A stretch of DNA of 22,667 nt from Chlamydiia bacterium (GCA_041688145.1 JBDNIV010000007.1:1-22667); one strand, 5' to 3'. Counted from the first letter of the stretch, positions 1 through 7,137 are shown. Numbers and translations are program-made. Notes: generated by a model from the letters alone, not told the origin.

Positions 1-1
1 C

Positions 2-1000
2 TACCTTGCAGGGGGCTCTTTAAAAGCGCTTTTATCTGTTTACTTTGAGAGGGAAACTGCATTTAGTGAATTAGAAAAAAAACCAAAAAGTGCTGAAGAG
101 TTATTTGCTTTTTTTATTGAGACAAGTTTTGAGCTCCCTTTAGAAGAACAAGAAAAAGTAAAAAGGGAGCCTAGTATTGGATTTTTAATGACAGCACCTG
201 AGCACTGCTGTTTATTTCAGCCAGGCGCGCGTGGCTTTCACTCTGCGTGGGCACGCACACAATACCCTTTTACTTGGGTGCGCGATGCCGTCATTGCTCC
301 TAGTAAAGAGGCGCTTGAAAAAATAAGGCTAGATGGCTTTTCTGCTAAGGCTTTTCTTGACAGACTCGCTAATCTTTTACCCCCTACAGCAGGGTCGCTT
401 TTAGAGGGATTAGACCTTAAAGATCTAAGCTGTGCTGAGGCAAAAAGCAAAATCTTAAAACGCTTTGATAGCCGAGATCACGATCCAATAGGAAGTGCTA
501 TTGATGGGGGCTTTTTTACTTGGACACCTTTTATTCAGGGTGCAGATCTAGAGGAAAAAGCACTCAGTCTTTTAGCTAAAGTTTCTGGTTATAATTTAGA
601 AACAAAGGGCAAGGTTTTTAAAGAGGCTGCAAAAGCACTCGGATTTTCAAATCTTTTTCCTTCTCATGAAACGTACGATAAGACACAACTTTTTGAATGC
701 GTAAAAGCGCTGTACATTTATGCAAACAAAACGCTTTTTTCGAGTGAAGATTTTTTAGCTAAAATTGAGATAGCGGCAAAAGAGGAACATTTAAGTTTTG
801 CACATGCTATTTGTTTTGCTGATTCTAATTGGATAAAAGAGAAGCTTGCTTTTGTGGTAAGCCCGACTAGCTTGGAATTAGAAATATGGCGGGTTGATCA
901 CGCAGCAGCTTGTGGCAGGCCTTTATCCCCTTGGAATAAGCGATTAAAGTCAGGAGAGACTGAGTGGTCTGTCTTTGATAAGATAGCTGAATTTTTCTGA
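2..1000 (+). CDS. 3' part of a conserved hypothetical protein, probably Chlamydiae-specific; 5' end lies outside the window
   Basis: Frame +2 is open from base 2 (YLAGGSLKALLSVYFERETAFSELEKKPKSAEELFAFF...) into the tracked ORF at 188, so ATG188 is probably internal. The motifs YxxGGxxxxLLxxYF and FADSNW...FVVSP...LEIW resemble, from memory, a large chlamydial hypothetical family. No function is assignable. Confidence 0.7.
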   Translation, partial: YLAGGSLKALLSVYFERETAFSELEKKPKSAEELFAFFIETSFELPLEEQEKVKREPSIGFLMTAPEHCCLFQPGARGFHSAWARTQYPFTWVRDAVIAPSKEALEKIRLDGFSAKAFLDRLANLLPPTAGSLLEGLDLKDLSCAEAKSKILKRFDSRDHDPIGSAIDGGFFTWTPFIQGADLEEKALSLLAKVSGYNLETKGKVFKEAAKALGFSNLFPSHETYDKTQLFECVKALYIYANKTLFSSEDFLAKIEIAAKEEHLSFAHAICFADSNWIKEKLAFVVSPTSLELEIWRVDHAAACGRPLSPWNKRLKSGETEWSVFDKIAEFF

Positions 1001-1074
1001 AAAACTAAGCGAAACCTTTCTCAATTTTAGATTCATTTTTTTTATTTTGTATAAAGAATTGCGCTTGATTGATT

Positions 1075-1104
1075 TTGACTTGAATCGATTCTTGAATTTA
1101 TAAA
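1075..1104 (+). promoter_or_regulatory. Candidate sigma66/sigma70-type promoter P2 for the first OMP
   Basis: TTGACT (1075-1080), 18-bp spacer, TATAAA (1099-1104), in AT-rich intergenic DNA. Confidence 0.4.
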
Positions 1105-1137
1105 AGTGTGCTTTGATTGAAAAAATAAAAAATCTGT

Positions 1138-1167
1138 TTGCAAAAAAACACCTATGTTTTTTATAAC
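1138..1167 (+). promoter_or_regulatory. Candidate sigma66/sigma70-type promoter P1 for the first OMP
   Basis: TTGCAA (1138-1143), 18-bp spacer, TATAAC (1162-1167), with an A-rich UP-like tract upstream. The predicted start site (about 1174) falls right at the base of the leader hairpin. Confidence 0.5.
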
Positions 1168-1174
1168 AACACTT

Positions 1175-1295
1175 TAACTTGCATGCGTTAGCTGCGTCTT
1201 CGCGTTGCTAATCAATGAAATTGCAAGTTAGATTTAGTTTTGGAAAATGTTCAAAAGCGCGTGTCGAACTGTTTAGCAGCCGGCGCGTTTTAACA
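1175..1295 (+). promoter_or_regulatory. Structured 5' leader (two hairpins) of the first OMP mRNA
   Basis: Hairpin 1: TAACTTGCA (1175-1183) pairs perfectly with TGCAAGTTA (1222-1230), with inner TTAGC (1188-1192)/GCTAA (1207-1211) and GCG/CGC. Hairpin 2: TGTT-c-AAAA-GCGC (1248-1260) pairs with GCGC-g-TTTT-AACA (1283-1295). Confidence 0.5.
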
Positions 1296-1315
1296 GAAAA
1301 AAAATGGAGAGAGCA

Positions 1316-2614
1316 ATGCAGTTCAAGCGCACATTGTCAGCAGCCTTAGCAGTAGCTACAGTTGCAGGCATGGGAGGGGCACATGCGGATCATGAGTACC
1401 CTATGGATAACGCACCAGATACAAAGGATATTGATTTCCTAAGAAACTGGTTTAAAACAAAACGCGCCGTTTCTATTGATGAGAAAGGTGGAGACCTGTC
1501 AATCAGTGGTGATGTGCGTGTTGAGTACAATGGCAACAGTGGTCGCCATAATGGGAATCCTGTCTTTGGGAAGAGTACAGGAAACATTAGACATGAGTTT
1601 AAAAATCGTGTAGATCTATTCTTTGACTATCGCACATGCCATACATGGGCGCACATTAAGTTGAAGTTTGACAACATGATGGGTGTAATCAGCGGTACAA
1701 CAAACAAGCTTGTTTTGGAAAAAGGTATCTTAGGCTACCGCGTTTTCGATAACGGCAAGTCTGCAATCGTTGATTTAGAGCTTGGACGTACTAAGCTTTA
1801 CAACTTCTTCGATTCAAAAGTGCAATTTGGCGCTATGTTCGATGGGGGTTCATTCAGAATTGCGAACAGTTTTGATCGCACTTTTGATTTTGATTTCCGC
1901 GCAGCATACGGTTTGGTAGCACAGGCGAGCAATCAGTATTTTGCTGTTGCAGAAGCTGATTTCATGGATATCGGTGAGACAGGCGTTTACTTGAAGTACG
2001 CTTACACTCATTGGAGAAAGCATGGCAATAGCCAACGCTACAGAACACCTAATTCAGGTGAGACAGGATGGCAGGCGCTTGGGAATGTTAGTGATAACCC
2101 TCAGTTCAAGTTCCAGATTTCTCAGTTCTTAGTGGGATATCAGATGGACCCTGAAGTGCTTCGCTTCCCTCTGAAGATCTACGGTGCGTTCCTAATGAAC
2201 CATGCAGCAAAAGAAGTAGCAACTGCTTTTGCTACAATCAACCACAAAGAAAAAACAGCTTGGTATGCGGGCTTTACAGCCGGTCAAGTTGTTAAGCGTG
2301 GTGATTGGTCAGCAGAAGTGATCTACCAATCTGTAGGCGCTCAGTCTGTTCCTGATTTTGATATGTCAGGTATTGGCAATGCAAACCCAGACGCTTCTTT
2401 GATATATGCCCATAAAGGCATTGGTTCAGTAGCAGCGCCTTTCGGTAACACGAACTTTAAGGGTTGGACAGCGAATCTTATGTTTGCAATAACAAATAAC
2501 GTGTCACTGCTACTTGAGTATGACTGGTCTAAAAACAGGAAGAAACAGATAGGTTCATCAGAACTTACTTTTGACTACCACCGCTTTGGTGCAAGTGCAA
2601 TCTACGCTTTCTAA
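1316..2614 (+). CDS. Outer-membrane beta-barrel protein (putative porin), CT623/CPn0729 family, copy 1
   Basis: GGAG at 1306-1309 favours ATG1316 over ATG1304. Signal peptide MQFKRTLSAALAVATVAGMGGAHA (A-H-A site). Family motifs ISGDVR, FFDYR, ELGR..L..FFDSKVQF...FDG, PLKIYGAFLMN, AWYAG...G...GDWSA, SVPDFDMSGIG, GNTNFKG. C-terminal beta-signal IYAF. Confidence 0.88.
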   Translation: MQFKRTLSAALAVATVAGMGGAHADHEYPMDNAPDTKDIDFLRNWFKTKRAVSIDEKGGDLSISGDVRVEYNGNSGRHNGNPVFGKSTGNIRHEFKNRVDLFFDYRTCHTWAHIKLKFDNMMGVISGTTNKLVLEKGILGYRVFDNGKSAIVDLELGRTKLYNFFDSKVQFGAMFDGGSFRIANSFDRTFDFDFRAAYGLVAQASNQYFAVAEADFMDIGETGVYLKYAYTHWRKHGNSQRYRTPNSGETGWQALGNVSDNPQFKFQISQFLVGYQMDPEVLRFPLKIYGAFLMNHAAKEVATAFATINHKEKTAWYAGFTAGQVVKRGDWSAEVIYQSVGAQSVPDFDMSGIGNANPDASLIYAHKGIGSVAAPFGNTNFKGWTANLMFAITNNVSLLLEYDWSKNRKKQIGSSELTFDYHRFGASAIYAF

Positions 2615-2639
2615 GTTAGATTTCAATTTGCTACAGAGT

Positions 2640-2675
2640 AAAAAAAGAGAGGCTTTTATAGCCTCTCTTTTTTTT
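2640..2675 (+). terminator. Rho-independent terminator, potentially bidirectional
   Basis: A7-GAGAGGCT, loop TTTAT, AGCCTCTC-T8, starting 25 bp after the copy-1 stop codon. Confidence 0.92.
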
Positions 2676-2696
2676 GTCCTTTAAAAACGCCTCTCT

Positions 2697-2705
2697 TGGT
2701 ATGAT
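2697..2705 (+). promoter_or_regulatory. Candidate extended -10 promoter for OMP copy 2
   Basis: TGGTATGAT (TGn-TATGAT) 29 nt before ATG2735 and downstream of the terminator. No well-spaced -35. Confidence 0.4.
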
Positions 2706-2734
2706 GGGACCGTTTTTATAAGGGCAAAGGTGCT

Positions 2735-3997
2735 ATGCGGGGCTATTTACTTGTTGCGTTAGGAACTCTTTTTTTTGGACTAGGTTATTCAGCTGGATCT
2801 GATCCGGAATATCCTATGGATAATCGACCTGACGATAAGGATCTTTTATCGTTACGAGATTATCTTAAGCTAAAACGTGAAGAGCCTTTAAGAAGTAAAA
2901 AACATGCCCTTTGTATTAGTGGTGAGGTTCGAACGCAGCTCAAAGCATCTAGCGCGGTGCGTATTAATCCAGTAACGCATGCTTATGAAAGGCAGTATGG
3001 AGGGCTTAATCAGGCGCCTATTTGCGAGTGGTTAAACCGGGTGAGTCTTTTTGTTGACTATCGAGTCTACCAGGCATCATTTCATGCAAAAGTAGACTTT
3101 GATAATGCTATGGGGACTATTGAGGGTACAACAGCGGAGCTTACGCTTGAGCAGGGCTACTTGATGTATCGCATTTTAGAAGATGGAAAGTCTACTTTTG
3201 ATGCGTTAATTGGTCGCGATAAGCTTTACAACTTTTTCGATTCTAAAGTGCAATTTAATGCTCTTTTTGATGGTGGAGCCGCGCGTTATCAGAATGGCTA
3301 TGGGAATATTGTTGATTTAGAACTTCTTTGGGCAGGATCTGTAGTGACAGATTATTTAGATCATTATGGATGGGTCGGGCAGATTGCTCTTAACAATTTG
3401 TTTTCAACAGGGATGTTTTTTAAATACAGCTATAGTGATTGGCTGAAGAAAAGTGAAACGCTCGTTTATCAAGGAGATGGTTTGCCTAGTGGCCTTTCTC
3501 AGACAAATAATCCCCAAGCAGCATATCAAATCTCTCAGTTCCTCATAGGATATAATGATTTAGAAAGAGCCTTTAAGATTTATGGCGCTTTTTTATACAA
3601 CGTAGCTGCGCTTAAGCATCCAGCTTTAGGAATGAATGAACGTGACCGGATTGCTTGGTATGCAGGTTTTCAGATTGGGCATATTAGGCAAAAAGGAGAT
3701 ATGGCTTCAGATTTATCTTACCAGGTAGTAGGCGCTCAAGCGGTGCCTGGATGGGATATGGCGGGTATTGGGAATGGAAATCCCAACGGAAGTTCTATTT
3801 ATTTCCCTAGCTTTACATCTGATCCAGCTCCTTTTGGTAACACAAATTTCCAAGGGTGGCAAGCTGATTTTATGGCAGCTGTGGATGACAATGTCAGTGT
3901 GCTTTTGCGTTATAAGACTTCACGTTCTTTAAAAGCCTTTCAAGGCTGGAAGACGCGCTTTGCCCGTTTTGAAGCGAGTGTTATTTACGCTTTTTAA
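2735..3997 (+). CDS. Outer-membrane beta-barrel protein, CT623/CPn0729 family, copy 2
   Basis: Hydrophobic signal peptide. Collinear with copy 1 (EYPMDN.PD.KD, ISGEVR, FVDYR, KLYNFFDSKVQF, KIYGAFL, AWYAGF, GIGN.NP, APFGNTNF). Ends IYAF. Confidence 0.86.
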   Translation: MRGYLLVALGTLFFGLGYSAGSDPEYPMDNRPDDKDLLSLRDYLKLKREEPLRSKKHALCISGEVRTQLKASSAVRINPVTHAYERQYGGLNQAPICEWLNRVSLFVDYRVYQASFHAKVDFDNAMGTIEGTTAELTLEQGYLMYRILEDGKSTFDALIGRDKLYNFFDSKVQFNALFDGGAARYQNGYGNIVDLELLWAGSVVTDYLDHYGWVGQIALNNLFSTGMFFKYSYSDWLKKSETLVYQGDGLPSGLSQTNNPQAAYQISQFLIGYNDLERAFKIYGAFLYNVAALKHPALGMNERDRIAWYAGFQIGHIRQKGDMASDLSYQVVGAQAVPGWDMAGIGNGNPNGSSIYFPSFTSDPAPFGNTNFQGWQADFMAAVDDNVSVLLRYKTSRSLKAFQGWKTRFARFEASVIYAF

Positions 3998-4058
3998 CTA
4001 GTCGTTAAATCGACCCTATTGTATTCTTTCGACTTTATTACGTTTAATAAAAACTTAG

Positions 4059-4087
4059 TTGACAGCTATTAAAATTAAAAATAAAAA
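4059..4087 (+). promoter_or_regulatory. Candidate promoter for OMP copy 3
   Basis: Perfect TTGACA (4059-4064), 17-bp spacer, weak -10 TAAAAA (4082-4087). GAGG at 4097-4100 precedes ATG4114. Confidence 0.35.
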
Positions 4088-4113
4088 GTGAAATTAGAGG
4101 CGGCAGAAGAATT

Positions 4114-5412
4114 ATGCATAAAAAGTCAGCATTTTTGGGGTTATTTATTTTAGGAGGGCTTTTATGTGTCAGCTCTAAAGGTTTTTCAGAGCCTCTTTTA
4201 GAGCATAAAGATGAGTCTCTAATTGCTGATGAGCTAAAAGATTTGCCTCCTCCCCCTCAGGCAACGACTCTTTCTGGGCTAAAAGGCACTTTTAAGATAG
4301 AGGGCGATATTCGTCTTAAGTATAAGGGTGAGGCGCTGCGAGATGGCAATACACGCCTTTTAGGGACAGGGACAGACTTTCCGAATAAGGCGTTTAAAAA
4401 TGAAGTAAATATCTACCTCTATTATCAAGCGAGACGCACGATTGGCCAAGCTCGTCTTAAGTTTGACAATACCATGGGTAATATTGGAGGCACGACCAAT
4501 AAACTGTCCTTGTCTAAAGCTTTTATGGGACAAGAAATATTCCGATGCTCTGACCTTTCTATTAAGGCAGGACTTGGCCGTAGGCCTCTTAGTGAGATGC
4601 TTGATTCTGATGTAGCCTACGATGCACGTATGGATGGTGGGTATTTGCGTTTCACGACTTATACGTGGAATTTTTGTGATCTAGCGCTTGATCTTCTAGC
4701 TAGCATTGTTGATCTGAATACTAATCAGATGGCGTATTTTGGTCAGCTCTCATTTGATCACATTATGGATACAGGGATCTATTTCAATTACTCAGTTGGA
4801 GATTGGTATAGAAAAGCAACGACTCGCATTACCAATGGAAGTGGCACGCCTTCAACATTTAATGGAATAAGTGAGCTCTCTAATAACCCTCAAAATCAGT
4901 ATTTAACCTCACAGTTTCTATTAGGCTATGTAATGGGGCCGTGGCGCTTTAATCTTCCATTCAAGGTCTATGGCGCTTTTCTCGTAAACCATAAAGCGAG
5001 AGCTCAGAGCTTCTTAAACAATAAGAAAGAAAACACTGCGTTTTATCTGGGCACTACTCTGGGTACAGGTAAGAAGCCAGGTGGCTTTTCTATAGACTAC
5101 AGCTATCAGTTTGTACGCGCTCAAAGCGTGCACCAGTTAGATTCTTCAGGAATAGGCCTTGGCAATATCCGGGATAACAGCCTCTATGGCCCTTTAGTCA
5201 ATGATTTGACCGGCACCTCTATTGCTACTATTACCCCAGCTAACGCTAATGGTAACACAAACTTCCGAGGATGGCAGGCAGGTTTCTTATATACCTTCAC
5301 AAAGCAGTGCTCTGGGCGTCTTATATATAAGACTGCAACACCTGCAAATAAGAAGATTGGTCCAGATCGTCATTATAAGAAGTTTGAGACGCAGCTTATA
5401 TATGCATTTTAA
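4114..5412 (+). CDS. Outer-membrane beta-barrel protein, CT623/CPn0729 family, copy 3 (most divergent)
   Basis: Signal peptide. Motifs IEGDIR, LKFDNTMG..GGTTNKL, NNPQ...SQFLLGY, PFKVYGAFLVNH, SGIG, GNTNFRGW. Ends IYAF. Confidence 0.86.
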   Translation: MHKKSAFLGLFILGGLLCVSSKGFSEPLLEHKDESLIADELKDLPPPPQATTLSGLKGTFKIEGDIRLKYKGEALRDGNTRLLGTGTDFPNKAFKNEVNIYLYYQARRTIGQARLKFDNTMGNIGGTTNKLSLSKAFMGQEIFRCSDLSIKAGLGRRPLSEMLDSDVAYDARMDGGYLRFTTYTWNFCDLALDLLASIVDLNTNQMAYFGQLSFDHIMDTGIYFNYSVGDWYRKATTRITNGSGTPSTFNGISELSNNPQNQYLTSQFLLGYVMGPWRFNLPFKVYGAFLVNHKARAQSFLNNKKENTAFYLGTTLGTGKKPGGFSIDYSYQFVRAQSVHQLDSSGIGLGNIRDNSLYGPLVNDLTGTSIATITPANANGNTNFRGWQAGFLYTFTKQCSGRLIYKTATPANKKIGPDRHYKKFETQLIYAF

Positions 5413-5450
5413 TTCAGTTAGGTAGATAAGATCTTTGTGGATTTTAAGGC

Positions 5451-7076
5451 CTAACTAAAAAAAGCTTCTTTAGAAAAGGCTCCACTTGGTGATACCTTGA
5501 TACGGAAAGTTCTTTCTTTAGACACTTGCAAAGCTGAGAAAATATTGCTCAGCGTATCTTCATTCCACTGATCTTCAAAAAAGACGAGGGGCTTTCGCTT
5601 TTCTAAAAGGGCAATTAGCTGCGTTTGCAGACCCACGCTTGCTTCTTCACGAATCGCAATACCGATGAGGTTTAAAAAGCGTTTAAGCTTTTTTCTTCCA
5701 GGCAGAACTAAGCACGGGTGCATATTCGGAATCGCTCGGATAAGGCGCCATATAGTCTTTCTAGAGCCTTCTGGAAAGACGTAGACAGTAGGCTCAGCAA
5801 GATCTTCTGCGCTGCTTAACTCAGGCTCATGCTTGTGGGGGCCTAGCCTTGAAAGTATGAATAAAATTTCTTCTACATCTACACGAAGTAATACAAAGGA
5901 TACGCCAAGGGTTAATAGACCTATAAAGAAAAAGCCGACAGAAGCTGAGCTTGAGCCAAAAAGAGCCAAAAAGTAGAGCAAGATTGCAGCGACAAGCACA
6001 CCCATAAAACTTAGGAAATTGTTAACAGCGACTACTTGTCCACGCTGCTGGTCTGGTGCTTTATGTTGGATAAAAGAATCTGCTGGCACAACAAACATAC
6101 CTCCAAAAAATCCCAGGAGAATTAAAAAAAAGATGATTGGAAGAAGCGAATGGCCAAAAAAAGCGAGCATGATAGATGAGATAGCGATACCAATGCCGGC
6201 TAAGAAGCTAAAAGCTATATGAGAGCGCTTTACAAGTTTTCCAGCAACGTAAGAGCCTAGAGCAATCCCAAGGGCGCATACGAGGAAAAGATAGCCAGCT
6301 TTTGTTTTATCAAAGCCTAAGCGCTGTGTGGTAAATGGGATAATATTAAGCTGCATAAAGCCGCCAATAAATAAGAAAAAGGACGAAGAAAGCACAGCAG
6401 CAAGCAGTGGCGGTGCGTGGTAGCAAAATCTTATAGTTTTCCAAATGTCTTTAGGGAAGAAGGGGTTGAGCTTTTGATCAGAGCCGGCACCTTCTGTTGT
6501 GGGGATCTGATGGCTTGTAAAAACACCTATAAGAGCTACTAAGATACAGCATGAGGCTGCTACTGTCAGCATGCCAGATGTGATCTCAGTTAAAAAAGAG
6601 GCCAAAAATGTACCGACAATGACAGCGATATAGGTAAAAGATGAGAGATAACCATTAGCTTTTGAAATCTTATCTTTAGGAACTAGCTCTGGAATAATCC
6701 CATATTTAGAGGGGCCAAAAAGAGCGCTTTGGGCAGCCATTAAAAAAAGCATGATAAAACTTACCCACCAAAGCTGGTAGTAAAAGATAAACATGCCTCC
6801 AATAGCGATAAATAGTTCGAGCCATTTAGTGAACACAATAATTTTTTTCTTGGAATAGCGATCAGCTAAGATGCCAGCATGTTGAGAAAAAAGTAAAAAA
6901 GGGAGAACAAAGACAAAGCCTACCCAGGCGAGTATAGCGCTTTCTTGGCTTCCACCTTTGATATTAAGGAGTAAAAAAACAATCAGCATCTTAAAGACGT
7001 TGTCATTAAGAGCTCCTAGGAACTGGGTCGCATTTAGGTACGCGAAAGGAGTTAGTTTTTTAAAAAAATTAGGCAT
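5451..7076 (-). CDS. MFS transporter, LplT/YgeD (lysophospholipid transporter)-like, with a C-terminal degenerate acyltransferase-like domain
   Basis: TQFLGALNDNVFK, LPFLLFS..AGILADRYSKK (MFS motif A), SALFGPSKYGIIPELV, ANG, GGMFVVP, RGQVVA..N; about 12 hydrophobic segments. ATG7076 (MPNFFKK) is preferred over TTG7178, which would leave almost no room for promoters next to recC. Confidence 0.85.
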   Translation of the reverse strand: MPNFFKKLTPFAYLNATQFLGALNDNVFKMLIVFLLLNIKGGSQESAILAWVGFVFVLPFLLFSQHAGILADRYSKKKIIVFTKWLELFIAIGGMFIFYYQLWWVSFIMLFLMAAQSALFGPSKYGIIPELVPKDKISKANGYLSSFTYIAVIVGTFLASFLTEITSGMLTVAASCCILVALIGVFTSHQIPTTEGAGSDQKLNPFFPKDIWKTIRFCYHAPPLLAAVLSSSFFLFIGGFMQLNIIPFTTQRLGFDKTKAGYLFLVCALGIALGSYVAGKLVKRSHIAFSFLAGIGIAISSIMLAFFGHSLLPIIFFLILLGFFGGMFVVPADSFIQHKAPDQQRGQVVAVNNFLSFMGVLVAAILLYFLALFGSSSASVGFFFIGLLTLGVSFVLLRVDVEEILFILSRLGPHKHEPELSSAEDLAEPTVYVFPEGSRKTIWRLIRAIPNMHPCLVLPGRKKLKRFLNLIGIAIREEASVGLQTQLIALLEKRKPLVFFEDQWNEDTLSNIFSALQVSKERTFRIKVSPSGAFSKEAFFS

Positions 7077-7107
7077 GCATTTTGTTGTTATTCGAGATAT
7101 AGCGGCG

Positions 7108-7137
7108 ATCATACCATTTTTAATAATATCGGCCCAA
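7108..7137 (-). promoter_or_regulatory. Candidate promoter for the MFS gene
   Basis: On the minus strand: TTGGGC, 18-bp spacer ending TGG, TATGAT, lying 31 nt upstream of ATG7076. Confidence 0.4.

Noticed and set aside
1001..1303. AT-rich intergenic region as a possible replication origin
   Set aside because: I saw no TTATCCACA-like DnaA box cluster. Promoter and leader features explain the region.
2769..2776. T8 run in the OMP copy 2 signal-peptide coding region as a phase-variation tract
   Set aside because: A/T runs of 7-9 nt are common throughout the window, including in the rec genes, and the frame is intact.
4114..4170. Cys18 of OMP copy 3 as a lipoprotein lipobox
   Set aside because: GLLC is a poor lipobox. 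A signal peptidase I site (GFS/E) and a beta-barrel C-terminus fit better.
5416..5456. AGTTAGG/CCTAACT inverted repeat between OMP copy 3 and the MFS gene as a terminator
   Set aside because: Only 7 bp with a 27-nt loop, too weak to call.
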